The notes under the pieces are model-generated. The model worked only from the letters and a program-made list of their open reading frames with translations. It searched no databases and had not been told where the DNA came from. DNA of 64,000 nt from Lytechinus pictus (Eukaryota), in contig NC_087245.1 in the NCBI RefSeq assembly GCF_037042905.1, forward strand, positions 24,182,001 through 24,246,000. The letters run 5' to 3'. Shown here in pieces: positions 1 to 13,241 of the stretch. Made by a program: the position numbers and the translations under genes. The stretch's first letter is position 1; each line of letters begins with the position of its first letter.

Positions 1-1370
1 TTTTAATTTGATGTGGCTTCCATTATGAACTTCAATAGTCCTAGGTATATGAGGAAGTAATTTTCCGCATTAATTTTGTTGACAGGTGTTGCAAAAGCTT
101 TTTAAAAAGTATTGGACAAAATTTACAAAGAAGAAGAATTTCCTGTGGAAATAATAAAAAGTTTGTCACTCAATACTGGCATCTCCTTTATACGTACACC
201 CTTAAAATTAAAAGTATTAAAAGAATGAAAGCATTTATTTATTCACATGTCTAAACAGGTTCATAGGATCAGAGATATAATGACTGTTTTGCATCTTAGT
301 CCTGTTGTATGAAAATAGTAATTATTATATCCTACATAGATTAAATCCTGTATGCTGATTGGTTTAAATAGCATCATGTGACCAAACATATTCTCATTAT
401 TTTGCGGTGATGTCGAAAATGAAAGCCCACGGAAGAAAATGTGCTATTCCGTTATCACTGACGTCACTCGCAAGCACTAATACGCGCACTGAGCGCGTAG
501 CGAAGCACTTCAGGAAAAGCAGGTCAGTCACTGAGTCAGCGGGGCTGGTTTGGTTCAGATTTTAAAAAAAGGATGTACAAGAACTAGATTATCAAGATCT
601 ATTGCTCTAACTTATTAAAGTAGGATATAAAACAAATATATCAGGCCATTATTTGGAAAACTATGGAGGGAATTATTCATCCTCGGTTGTACTGGCAAAA
701 TCATTATTTTTCCCTCAGGGCTTCGCCCCTCGGGGAAAAATAGTAATGCCAGTCCAACCTCGTATGAATAATTCCCGCTATACTCACTCAAAGCCTGGTA
801 TATTTTTATACTATAATAAGGTATAATTAATATCAATAGGGGATAATGGTTGGAACTTCCAATCATTTATGCAAGCACTTATAGTTTGAAATTTGGGTCG
901 GATTTATCTTACCACTTGTGCATATACTTCTTTTCATTCTATTGGGGATTTTTTTAAGGAATAGAAGACTCTGGTAAATGGCCACTGGTGGATATATTGA
1001 TGGATAAAGAGTCTCAGAATACACCACAAAGACATCTTGATCCAACTTCGGAATTCTCAAATGATGAACAGCAACCTATTCAAGCGGTAAGTAAATGTGT
1101 AAAAGTAGCCAAATTAATCCTGCCAGTACCCGCTTTCCTCACTTGGGTTGATTGCAGCACAATGTGGTTCAATTTCTTGCTGAAGAAAGTTAACCCATAG
1201 CTGGGATTCCAAACACTCAGAATTAATCACTTGTGCCCCATAATATGTTCATGTGCACTGAAACACTGTTAACTTGTATTGCCTTTGTAATAGATATTTA
1301 GATTTTTCTCATTGCAATATTTCAGGTCCATCTAAGGTACTAAGCAGAAAAGGCCTCAACAGCTAGTATT

Positions 1371-1686
1371 AAAACTGGGAGATATGGTTGCAGTCTACTT
1401 AGAAGAGTTCAGTAATGAGTGGCCGCGAGTGAGCAAAGTGTTGGAAATGACTTGAGACAGTGTGAAGCTGCATTGGTACTCAGGATCAGAAACGTCCATG
1501 TGGATATCACCTACCACATCAGTTCAAGGACAGAAGGGTCAGCCGTACACAGGAGAAGTCTCTCTTCAAGAAGTCTCTCTTCAAGAAGTCATTTCTTTCC
1601 CCTACAGTCTCACTAAAACAAACAAATTACCATAGGATATCCAGTGTCACTTGAAGGAAAAACGTGAAGAATACTTTGCATATTAG
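1371..1686 (+). pseudogene. Decayed ORF (possibly transposon-derived, Tudor/SH3-like beta domain) with two in-frame stops
   Basis: One frame reads KLGDMVAVYLEEFSNEWPRVSKVLEMT*DSVKLHWYSGSETSMW...EVSLQEVSLQEVISFPYSLTKTNKLP*DIQCHLKEKREEYFAY*. There is an acceptor at 1326 and an upstream donor at ~1087. Confidence 0.45.
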
Positions 1687-1836
1687 GTCTGTATGAACAT
1701 ACACTGTATTCATACCAATTTGGAATGAGTTTGTTTGTCCAGGACTCAAAAGCTGTATGTGTATATGGAAGCCACTTGAATTATGTATTTTTGTGATATT
1801 ACAATGTACCTATATGTTTCCACATTGGATATGGTG

Positions 1837-2385
1837 CCCGGGGGGGCCACTTACATTGACGAGTGGATACCATGCGCGACCAAAAAATATGTAAAAAGGA
1901 TGTCTTATTCAAGATTGGGCACGTTACGTACGTAACAAGGGTGTCAAAAACACAAAAATAATGGAAAAAGGGTATCTATTTCGCTAGGAAAGTTACGTGT
2001 TTAGGGTCAAATTTGGGGGCATGATGAAACAAAATTAAAGTGTTTTATAAAGGATGTCCTCTTTGCCCCAACACTACGTGTTTAGAGTCCGATTTGCGCG
2101 AGGTGTGGAAGGTGGGGCTGTGCACCAAATGGTGTGTAAAGGTAAAACCGACGACCGACGGACCCGTGACATAACATATCGCTGTACTTGTTTAGGGGTT
2201 CATTTCAGGGAATACTTGCCAAGAGTGTTAATTTGTTACCAATACTTGTTAAGGGTAGGGTTTCAGACGCCAATACTTGTTAAGGGGTGCATTTTCAGAA
2301 TATGGAAAATACTTGTTTAGGGTGCTTTTCGAGACCCCATGGTCGTGCATGGTATCCACTCGTCAATGGAAGTGGCCCCCCTGGG
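1837..2385. mobile_element. CCCGGG-ended MITE with 8-bp TSD (ATATGGTG)
   Basis: TIR CCCGGGGGGGCCACTT.CATTGACGAGTGGATACCATGC; exact 8-bp TSD. Confidence 0.8.
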
Positions 2386-3048
2386 ATATGGTGATAATTT
2401 CCAGGGTTTATCTTCACATAATTTTGATCACCTACATGTATCTACATTTAGAAGAGATAAATGCACAATGATTGATAGAGAGTTGGTACCTGAAGTAGGT
2501 AATGAATTGAGTTCCACTGCCAATGGAAAGTTTACCCTCTCAGTGCTCAAGAGGTAAGCTCCTTACCATGGAACTCATTATGCAACATTTGCATATACTG
2601 AACAGGCACAAATAACGATTTTCTGTAATGGCACATGTCAGTTATCTCTCAAACAAAAATTTTAAGTCAAGACTATGTGAGAAAGAAATTATACATCAAC
2701 TGGAACCATCTGAAGACCTTTCATTGATTGCATAGTGCAATATAGTTGAATGAGTTTTATTGTCTTGCCTGCCTAGCTGAGTGAGACAATAGGGGTCACT
2801 TTTCCGACAGCGGCAGTGTCGTCAACATTGAAATCTTAACCAAGTGGTAATTCCATACGTCCGACCCCCTATATGTGGGACTTTCATGAAATTTTCTGTC
2901 TCTGATTTCTGGTTCTCTTGACAGTCTGTAATGTTCTATAACGTCCATGATTCGGTCAGTTTATGAAGTGAAGTAAGAATTTAGAAAAATGGGGGTCGGA
3001 TGTACAAAAAGGCTTATCATTTTATGGAATTTCCCCAAGGTTAAGTTT

Positions 3049-4847
3049 TTGTCTCGCCTGCATAGCAGAGTGAGACTATAGGCGCCGCTTTTTCGACGGC
3101 GGCGGCGTCGTCAACATTGAAATCTTAACCAAGGTTAAGTTTTTGAAATGTCATCATAACTTAGAAAGTATATGGGCCTAGTTCATGAAACTTGAACAAG
3201 GGTAATCAAGTATGACTAAACATCCTGCTTGAGTTTCAGGTCACATGACCTAGGTCAAAGATTATTTAGGGTCAATGAACTTATACCATGTTGGGGGAAT
3301 CAATATCGAAATTTTAACCAAGGTCCAGTTTTTGAAATGTTGTCATAACTTTGAAAGTATATGGACCTAGTTCATAAAACTTGGACATAAGGGTAATAGT
3401 GTATCACTAAAGATCCTGCTTGAGTTTCAGGTCACATGATTAAGGTCAAAGGTCACTTAGGGTCAAACTATGGCCATGTTGGGGTTATTTGAGGAATTAT
3501 CATCATAACTTTAAAACTTTATGGATCTAGTTCATGAAACTTGGACATAAGAGCAACCATGTATCCCTGAATATCATGTGTGAGTTTCAGGTCACATGAC
3601 TAAGGTCAAAGGTCACTTAGGGTCAACGAACTTTGGCCATATTGGGGGTATAGGAGGAATTGTCATCATCCTAAGGATACGGGGGGGCTGAATTGATTCA
3701 GCCCCCCCTCAACATTTTTCGCGATAAATCCGCCGCTCAAAATTTTTTGACCGCGTCGTTCACCGACATTTTACTTTTAAGTCTCGCGCAACTTTTGAGA
3801 CCAAAATTGTGACCCCCGGGTACGCGGTTCCGAAATTACGCAACATTTCGTAAGTGCATGCAGACCCAAAATTACTCAAAAACGTGAATTTGTGTGCAAA
3901 TCCAATGCAAATAATGTTTTTAGCCAAAATTCATATATTGTATCATTATTTTTCCTTTTACTGCTTAAAATCAATTAATTTTATCTTGCTGATGGTCAAA
4001 ATAAAGTCCCCGACAATTTCCATTGAAAAAAACAATAAAAAACAAAAAGTAAAAAAACAAAGAAATACATAAGAAATTTAGAAAACAATAAAATACATAA
4101 GAAAATAAATGTGATGTTGAAATTTTTGAAAAATAAATTTGATCAGATGCCTATCTTGAGTCTGTGAAACAAAAATTAGAATTTTAAGGGCATTATTTTA
4201 TTAATTAGAGCAAACTCATGATTTTACGCATAAATTAACATAATTAATGAGCAATGAGATTTTTCGCAAAATTTGATATTATAGTTTTGTAGATAATGCC
4301 ATGGGTAAGGGACGTGCCAATTTTCGTCGTGATCGCGCGATCGACGGCCGAGATCATAAGGAGGGGCTGAATCAGCCCCCCCCCCTGAGTCTTCTTAGGC
4401 GTCGAAATAGCCCAGTCTATTTAGGGTTAAAAGTCTATGGATCTAGTTCATGGAACTTTGACATAAGAGCAGCAATGTATCCCTGAATACCCTGTCTGCG
4501 TTTTAGGAACATGGCCAAGATCAAAGGTCATTTAAAGGTCAATGAACTCTGGCCATGTTGGGAGTATGTGTTGAATTGGCATCATAACTTAGGAAGTTTA
4601 TGGATCTAGCTCATGAAATATCGACAGAAGGGTAATCAAATATGAATGATTGTTTTGCACATGTCTTAGGTCACATGATCATGGTCAAATGTCATTATGG
4701 GTCAATGGACATAGTATTTTATTTTCGTATATACGTATTAGTGTTTTCTTCTGTGAATAATTATTCATTAGCTGTTTTCAAAGGAAGCACTGCTGCTTTA
4801 TCGAATTGCGTAATGCAGGCGAGACTGCCAGAGGCGTTCCACTTGTT
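3049..4847 (+). mobile_element. Non-autonomous Helentron-like (DINE/Tsp/pearl-type) element, itself interrupted by a MITE
   Basis: Subterminal inverted repeats GTCTCGCCTGCAT / ATGCAGGCGAGAC, a GGC microsatellite near the 5' end, ~120-150-bp internal tandem units, 3' end CCACTTGTT, inserted in a T-run. Confidence 0.75.
3670..4426. mobile_element. piggyBac-type MITE (related copy at ~26676-27431)
   Basis: (C)CCTAA...TTAGGG|TTAA termini, palindromic GGGGGCTGAA..TTCAGCCCCC blocks, internal sequence shared with the copy at 26676. Confidence 0.6.
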
Positions 4848-4917
4848 GAAATGTCATCATAACTAACAAAGTGTATAGACCCAGTTCATGAAACTTATGA
4901 GGGAAATCAAGTATTAC

Positions 4918-6000
4918 CAGTCAGACTGCAGGTCCCAAGAAAGTGGCTTCTTTCATCCAAGTGATATTCATGACTTGAGATGTTTTGCATATTTAATGAG
5001 CTTGATGCGGACCAAAACACCTCTTTTCATTCGGTCATTACTGCTCTAATTGTGCATCAAATTTCATGAATTTGGTACCATTGTAAAGAAGAAGAATCAT
5101 TCTTTCAGGTCATGTGTTTGAATTATTCAAAGATTTTGTAATATAGGTTAAAATTTTGATCTAAAATATGCTACAAAATAAATATTTTCACCTGACAAAA
5201 GCTGCTATTTTCACACTTTATTTTTGTTTGAGCCCAAATGATTTTTATATCATGATAAAGCTGAATATGTATGCTTTGAAATGATATAGGTTTCAAAATA
5301 AGAATTGGTTTAATCGGGTCAAGATCACACTTTTCATTTGCCAAGTACATAACACAGTTTGAAAACAAGAATACTGCACTCTGATTGGTCAAAGAGACCA
5401 CACAATGGCAAATTCCAACGGTCCCAGTGCCTGGGTTCGTGGGAAGATCACACTTCCCATGTGGTAATCTCCTCAAATACCCCGCGCCTGTTGTTCTGTG
5501 AACCTTATCCAGCCAATCAGAACTCTGGATTTCTTGCAAGTACAAAATTTCAGAAATCTCGTCTTGTACCTTGGTGGGGAAAGTGTGATCTTGACCCGAT
5601 TAAAAGGTGCCGCATATCAAGAGTGGCATTGTGAGAAAGTACAGAAGTTAAGCTTTATGGTGATATAGATATCATTGAGGCTCAAAATAAAAAGTTTTGC
5701 ACAATTTACAAAAGAAAACAGAGGAAGAAAATTCAGTTTTGAGGCACATTTTGAGGCCAGAAATTTACTTATTTAACAAAATATTGTATACAAAATAAAT
5801 GACCAATATGAAAGAGTAACTTTTACTCTACCTGATGGTGCAATAATATTCCATTTAACTTGAGGTTAAAACAGGTAAATTCTTAGAGAAAGAAAATCTC
5901 ACGAATCACGAGATTTTGCAAGGAGGAGGATTCAGCCACGAGATGATTTGGATGAATCTGGCCTTTTTGCTCATTAGCATAGGGACCTGCGGTCTGACTG
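4918..6000. mobile_element. Non-autonomous DNA transposon, 19-bp TIR, 4-bp TSD (TTAC), with a nested MITE at ~5313-5600
   Basis: CAGTCAGACTGCAGGTCCC / GGGACCTGCGGTCTGACTG flanked by TTAC. Inner IR is TCGGGTCAAGATCACACTTT / AAAGTGTGATCTTGACCCGA. Confidence 0.75.
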
Positions 6001-6170
6001 TTACTGAGCATCCTGCCTGAGTTTCAGGTCACATGACCAGGGTCAAAGGTCATTTAGGGTCAATGAACTTAGACCATGTTGGGGGAATGAATATCGAAAT
6101 CTTAACCTCGAGTATATATATTTGTTTATTTCTTCTGTTTTTCATTGTTGTTGATGTAGTTGATGTAATG

Positions 6171-9100
6171 GTGTAGCTTTGAAATTAAGATAAATTTATC
6201 CTCGTGTAGCCTTGAAATTAAGATAAATTTATCCTCGTGTAGCTTTGAAATTAGGATAAATTTATCCTCATGTAGCCTTGAAATTAGGATAAATTTATCC
6301 TCTTGTAGCCTTGAAATGAGGATAAATTTATCCTCGTGTAGCTTTGAAATTAGGATAAATTTATCCTCATGAAGCCTTGAAATTAAGACAAATTTATCAT
6401 CGTGTAGCCTTTAAATTAAGATGAATTTATCCTCGTGTAGCCTTGAAATTAGGATAAATTTATCCTCATGTAGCCTTGAAGTTAGGATAAATTTATCCTC
6501 ATGTAGTCTTGAAATTAAGATAAATTTATCCTCGTGTAGCCTTGAAATTAGGATAAATTTATCCTCATGAAGCCTTGAAATTAAGATAAATTTATCCTCG
6601 TGTAGCCATGAAATTAAGATAAATTTATCCTCATGTAGCTTTGAAACTAGGATAAATTTATCCTCATGTAGCCTTGAAATTAGGATAAATTTATCCTCTT
6701 GAAGCCTTGAAATTAGGATAAATTTATCCTCGTGTAGCTTCGAAATTAAGATAAATTTATCCTCATGTAGCCTTGAAATAAGGATAAATTTATCCTCATG
6801 TAGCCTTGAAATTAGGATAAATTTATCCTCATGTAGTCTTAAAATTAAGATAAATTTTTCCTCGTGTAGCCTTGAAATTAGGATAAATTTAACCTCGTGT
6901 AGTCAATCCTGACTGGTTGCCAACCAAGGAAAGAAGAAGAAGAAGAAGAAGAAGTAGCTTTGAAATTAAGATAAATTTATCCTCATGTAGCCTTGAAATT
7001 AAGATAAATTTATCCTCGTGTAGCCATGAAATTAGGATAAATTTATCCTCGTGTAGCTTTGAAATTAAGATAAATTTATCCTCGTGTAGCCTTGAAATTA
7101 AGATAAATTTATCCTCGTGTAGCTTTGAAATTAGGATAAATTTATCCTCATGTAGCCTTGAAATTAGGATAAATTTATCCTCTTGTAGCCTTGAAATGAG
7201 GATAAATTTATCCTCGTGTAGCTTTGAAATTAAGATAAATTTATCCTCATGTAGCTTTGAAATTAAGATAAATTTATCCTCATGTAGCCTTGAAATTAGG
7301 ATAAATTTATCCTCATGTAGCATTGAAATTAGGATAAATTTATCCTCATGTAGTCTTGAAATTAGGATAAATTTATCCTCGTGTAGCCTTGAAATTAGGA
7401 TAAATTTATCCTCGTGCAGCTTTGAAATTAAGATAAATTTATCCTCATGTAGCCTTTAAAATTAAGATAAATTTATCCTCGTGTAGCCATGAAATTAGGA
7501 TAAATTTATCCTCGTGTAGCTTTGAAAATAAGATAAATTTATCCTCGTGTAGCCTTGAAATTAAGATAAATTTATCCTCGTGTAGCCATGAAATTAGGAT
7601 AAATTTATCCTCATGTAGCCTTGAAGTAAGGATAAATTTATCCTCATGTAGTCTTGAAATTAAGATAAATTTATCCTCGTGTAGCTTTGAAATTAGGATA
7701 AATTTATCCTCATGTAGCCTTGAAATTAGGATAAATTTATCCTCGTGTAGCTTTGAAATTAGGATAAATTTATCCTCGTGTAGCCTTGAAATTAGGATAA
7801 ATTTATCCTCATGAAGCCTTGAAATTAAGATAAATTTATCCTCGTGTAGCCATGAAATTAGGATAAATTTATCCTCATGTAGCTTTGAAATTAAGATAAA
7901 TTTATCCTCGTGTAGCCATGAAATTAAGATAAATTTATCCTCATGTAGCTTTGAAACTAGGATAAATTTATCCTCATGTAGCCTTGAAATTAGGATAAAT
8001 TTATCCTCTTGTAGCCTTGAAATTAGGATAAATTTATCCTCATGTAGCTTTGAAATTAGGATAAATTTATCCTCGTGTAGCTTTGAAATTAAGATAAATT
8101 TATCCTCATGTAGCTTTGAAATTAAGATAAATTTATCCTCATGTAGCCTTGAAATTAGGATAAATTTATCCTCATGTAGCCTTGAAGTTTTGATAAATTT
8201 ACCCTCATGTAGTCCTGAAATTAGGATAAATTTATCCTCGTGTAGCCTTGAAATTAGGATAATTTTATCCTCGTGCAGCTTTGAAATTAAGATAAATTTA
8301 TCCTCATGTAGCCTTGAAATTAAGATAAATTTATCCTCGTGTAGCCATAAAATTAGGATAAATTTATCGTCGTGTAGCTTTGAAAATAAGATAAATTTAT
8401 CCTTGTGTAGCCTTGAAATTAAGATAAATTTATCCTCGTGTAGCTTTGAAATTAGGATAAATTTATCCTCATGTAGCCTTGCAGTTAGGATAAATTTATC
8501 TTCATGTAGTCTTGAAATTAAGATAAATTTATCCCGTGTAGCTTTCAAATTATGATAAATTTATCCTCGTGTAGCTTTGAAATTAAGATAAATTTATCCT
8601 CATGTAGCTTTGAAATTAAGATAAATTTATCCTCATGTAGCCTTGAAATTAAGATGAATTTATCCTCATGTAGCCTTGAAGTTAGGATAAATTTATCCTC
8701 ATGTAGACTGAAATTAAGATAAATTTATCCTCGTGTAGCCTTGAAATTAGGATAAATTTATCCTCGTGTAGCCTTGAAATTAGGATAAATTTATCCTCAT
8801 GTAGCCTTGAAATTAAGATAAATTTATCCTTGTGTAACTTTGAAATTAAGATAAATTTATCCTCGCGTAGCCTTGAAATTAGGATAAATTTATCCTCGTG
8901 AAGCTTTGGAATTAAGATAAATTTATCCTCATGTAGCTTTGAAACGAAGATAAATTTATCCTCATGTAGCTTTGAAATTCGGATAAATTTATCCTCGTGT
9001 ATTCTTGAAATTAGGATGAATTTATCCTTATGAAGCCTTGAAATTAAGATAAATTTATCCTCGTGTATCCTTGAAATTAAGATAAATTTATCCTCGTGTA

Positions 9101-9530
9101 GCCTTGAAATTAGGATAAATTTATCCTCGTGAAGCTTTGAAATTAAGATAAATTTATCCTCATGTAGCTCTGAAATTAAGATAAATTTATCCTCATTTAG
9201 CCTTGAAATTAGGATAAATTTATCCTCGTGTAGCTTTGAAATTAAGATAAATTTATCCTCGTGTATTCTTGAAATTAGGATGAATTTATCCTCATGAAGC
9301 CTTGAAATTAAGATAAATTTATCCTCGTGTATCCTTGAAATTAAGATTAATTTATCCTCATGTAGCCTTGAAATTAGGATAAATTTATCCTCGTGAAGCT
9401 TTGAAATTAAGATAAATTTATCCTCTTGAAGCCTTGAAATTAGGATAAATTTATCCTTGCGTAGCCTTGAAATTAGGATAAATTTATCCTCATGTAGCCT
9501 TGAAATTAAGATAAATTTATCCTCCTGTAG
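6171..9530. repeat. 30-bp tandem satellite, ~110 units, consensus CTTGAAATTAGGATAAATTTATCCTCRTGTAGC
   Basis: Directly visible array; each unit contains the 16-bp palindrome AGGATAAATTTATCCT. Confidence 0.98.
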
Positions 9531-9619
9531 TATTAGCAGGATGAACTAATCCTTATAATTGTAATAGATTTGTATGATATATTTATTTGATCTGTTATTC
9601 CCATTAAATGGTTGTATTA

Positions 9620-10540
9620 ATTGAAATGCTGTTCCCATTTGTTTCTTTTATTGTTAGAGACTTGCAAACATACATTGAATTGCCAATAGTCATTAAATAG
9701 AGTGATTGGAGAGAATGTGTAGAAGAGAGAACAAGTGATACAAGTGGATGTTAAGTGCAAAAATGTGAAATAAATATTATGGAATGAATATGATGAACAT
9801 TTGAAGAAAAATGAACAAAGATTCATTCATTTTGAAAAGATTTACTGTTTGTGGTGTAAAGTTCAATTTGCGCCAAAACCCAGATGCCAATTAATGGTGT
9901 CATAGTCATATACATGAGTTAGTAATTCAAGTATATTGCAAATCCCATTTAAATGATTTTTTTTAAAGGATGTGTTATTGTATTCTCTCAAATCAAAATA
10001 CACATTCACATTCCATAAGCAAGTTGTACAAACTATTTGAAACATGATTATAAATTATACAATAAATCCATAACAAGTATAATTATACAAATTATACATC
10101 AAACTTCAAAGATACTGGAAATTAATACTAATGCGTTTCAGCAATTACAAAATGAAATATCAACAAGATGTATGAAATGATAAGAGAGAAAAAAATAAAA
10201 ATAAAAAGTGATGTTCTACCTCCCAACAAGTGGTGATTTGTTTAAGCAATGCTGTGCAACATTTTAAACTGAAACTCTCTTAATCTACTGTTCAGAGTAC
10301 ATTGTCTTGGTCTCATAAAAATGTGTTCAATCTGTTAATAAGAAAAACTATATTTGTTTTTTAACCATTCGAAAACATCAGGTATTGCGAAGGATACATT
10401 TCATAAAATTTGCATAAACGTTTTTAGATACTAACTCCTCTATTGGCAAAATTCTTTTTCCAGAAATTGACTTGAGAATCGATACTAAATTAGTGTTTAT
10501 TAAACACTTCTATAAATGCTAGTTAATAAATAGGTGTATT
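9620..10540 (-). mobile_element. Degenerate 3' fragment of an L1/Tx1-clade LINE ORF2 (zf-RVT region)
   Basis: The minus strand at 10225-10313 reads RPRQCTLNSRLREFQFKMLHSIA*TNHHLL (cf. KLREFQYKILHRIL.TN). LLMECECVF and WHLGFG motifs follow downstream. Confidence 0.65.
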
Positions 10541-11760
10541 ATAACGGATTTTAATGCACCTATTGCAGGATTATTACATTGACATCTGGATTCCTATTGC
10601 ATTCATGTGTTACCTTGGCGCAAATCAAAATTTACATCACTGCTAAGAGTACCTACTGATTATCCAAGCATGAAGACATACCAAGGAGATAGTAAGAGGT
10701 GATATCTCCTTGGACATAATATTATGTATAAAATTATTTGGGAGAAATAATTACAATACTAGTCTTTCCGGCCATGTAATGATTATGTGATCATGCCATA
10801 TTTTTTTTTCTTAGTTAGATTGGGGATTTGTGAGGTGTCAAGATTTATTTTACTGACACGTGAATCTGCTCGTCAGGCGGTGTGTTACCCTCCCCCCCCC
10901 CCCCCCCCCCCCCGCTTGATGGTGTGGCGCTCATAAGTATGCTCGCATAGTGTATGACAGAATCATAGGCCCGTATTCTGAAGTCACGGTCTAACTCTGT
11001 ACTAAAATTATGGGGAGCCAACAATTCAAAAATTATGTTTCTAATGTATATTTTTTATGTTTACTATTTTGCTTTCATAATGGAGAAAAATACTTTAAAA
11101 TACTTCATTTATCATTCCCAGACAATTATAAACAATTTGGGTGTCATATGAGTCAATAAATTGGATGTGTACTGTTAGGGATTTGTGCCCCAATTAGCTC
11201 CATATAGTTAAACCACAACTTTAAACCAGGTTTTAATTCAAAACCGAGTTCAGCTAGAGTACGGGCCATAGTCTTCAAGAATTTCTATTGAAATATATGG
11301 CTCTGTACATGTGTAGTTCTATGTACCGGAATAAAAAAAAAATATGACTTATATTTCTACATAATATGTTTTATAGAATTGCCATTGACGTCACATGATT
11401 GATTTATAACACTTTCTCTGTACGTCTTCGGTGCCTATATAATTAGTACGCTGCCTATATATCCCCTATCTGCCTATGATGCTTTATATTCACGATTACA
11501 TTCCAATTCAAACATCTTAATTCATCGACATGACGAGTATATCCTGCGTGAGATGAATTATATCCCGAAGGCCGAATGGCGTATATACACTTCGTAATAT
11601 ATTGCGAAATTCACGTGAAAATACAACCTAGTACGTAGTAGTATATGCGTGTCATGCAGTGATGTTTATGTTCTAGTAAATCGATATCACGTCGCAAATC
11701 TACAAAAAATACAGTGACTTTCTCCTAAATATATTGTGAACACTTGACATTATGACTTAC

Positions 11761-11824
11761 CTGTTAATTGCTGACGATTCAACGGCTTGCGAAGGTCTGA
11801 TATTGCAGTTCTATACAATGTCAT
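11761..11824 (-). CDS. Candidate first coding exon of a minus-strand gene continuing leftward
   Basis: The minus strand reads ATG ACA TTG TAT AGA ACT GCA ATA TCA GAC CTT CGC AAG CCG TTG AAT CGT CAG CAA TTA ACA G|GTAAGT (perfect donor). It sits in CpG-richer unique DNA with a CRE (TGACGTCA, ~11954) upstream. No downstream exon was identified. Confidence 0.35.
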
Positions 11825-12482
11825 GAATGTGAAACCACGGAGGTAAACCGGGATGAAACACCACTGATCATATATCCTTTTTTTTTTTACCGCAGACCGT
11901 GAAAGTATAATTATGCACGGGAGTCATCGAGCGCTGTACCGTATATAAATCGGTGACGTCATCACGCTTCTTTGGTATACCAATAGGTCCACGGGTATAC
12001 TGTGGTTTATTGTCCGTGGAATACAGCATGGAGTCCATGAATCCCGTCAACCATGCAAGCATAGCTATGCAAGCAAGCTTTTTATTGACGACACATTGGT
12101 TTTTAATAATTCCGCAATACCAAACAAATGCATGTCAAAAATAATAATGAGAGATAAATCTTCTTAGATTCTCGTTGAAACAGACAAATCCGTGCATAAG
12201 TGTACGCCTGCATCCCATGCATCTATGAAAATAAATGGAGCAAATGCTATATTTGTTATATCAGCTGACGAGGACGATTAACCTTGATGATCTATGAAAT
12301 TTATATCGTTTTATGGTCGAAGTTTTATCGTATGAACCCATAAAATCCAAGTCCACCCCAACAAATAGCTTTGAATAAATAGGCCTTCAGAAAATGATAC
12401 TCGATCAGCCGATCAATATATACGGTATATATATATATATGTATATGTATTGTGTGAAAGAAATGGATGAAGAGAACAATAT

Positions 12483-12517
<35 letters not shown>

Positions 12518-12770
12518 AATATATATATATATATTTGCTTGTATAAACAAGCAAAACCAAAACAATACTATTATACTTAAATCAAGATCATCCGATACAT
12601 TTTATATTCATAAATAATGACTTGATTGAACAGGCAAAGTCTATAAGGTATTCAGGCATTGTAATAGATGAATACCTGAAGTGGAATGTATCGATTGCCT
12701 ATATAAAGTCTACTCTTTAGGCACTGAGTTGAATGATTATTAAGTTGAGTAAGTACTAAATATCCTGTGT

Positions 12771-13206
12771 CACTGGCGTACCTAGGATTTTCCAAAAGGG
12801 GGACAAATTTCGTCCGCGAAAAAAATTGACAAGCAAAAAACAAACAAAAAAGGGTCTTCAACCAAAAATCAAGGATTTAATTCTTACCAGAAAAAAAATG
12901 GACAAGCAAAAAAAAAAAAAAATCTTCAGGTTCTAAAGAGGGGGCACACGTCTGTTTTCATTGCATTTTAACATTACAAATTATTAATTTGGCTTCTAAA
13001 AGGGGGGGGCACGTCCCCTGGATCAGATGTGACCACTAGCGTACCTACGGGGGGGGGGGGCAGAGGGGGCAGTCTGCCCCCCTGACGAGCCACAACCCAT
13101 GCAAAGGACGTATCCCTGTCCCCCCCTGACGAGCTTGAAAGACCTTTTTGCCCCCCTGACGAGCTTAAAGACCTTTATTGCCCCCCCCCCCCCTGACGAG
13201 CTTGAA

Positions 13207-13241
<35 letters not shown>

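Larger units (their letters stand above)
2760..6110 (+). mobile_element. Older copy of the same Helentron-like family, fragmented by three nested insertions
   Basis: Pieces 2760-2844, 3036-3049, 4848-4917 and 6005-6110 join into the family consensus. Confidence 0.65.

Noticed and set aside
6889..8555. Long repeat ORFs (LHEDKFILISR / EIRINLSSCSL)
   Set aside because: Artefacts of a 30-bp satellite that is open on both strands; frames are broken by scattered stops and indels
6171..9530. CRISPR-like palindromic repeat array
   Set aside because: No unique spacers, eukaryotic context and no cas genes
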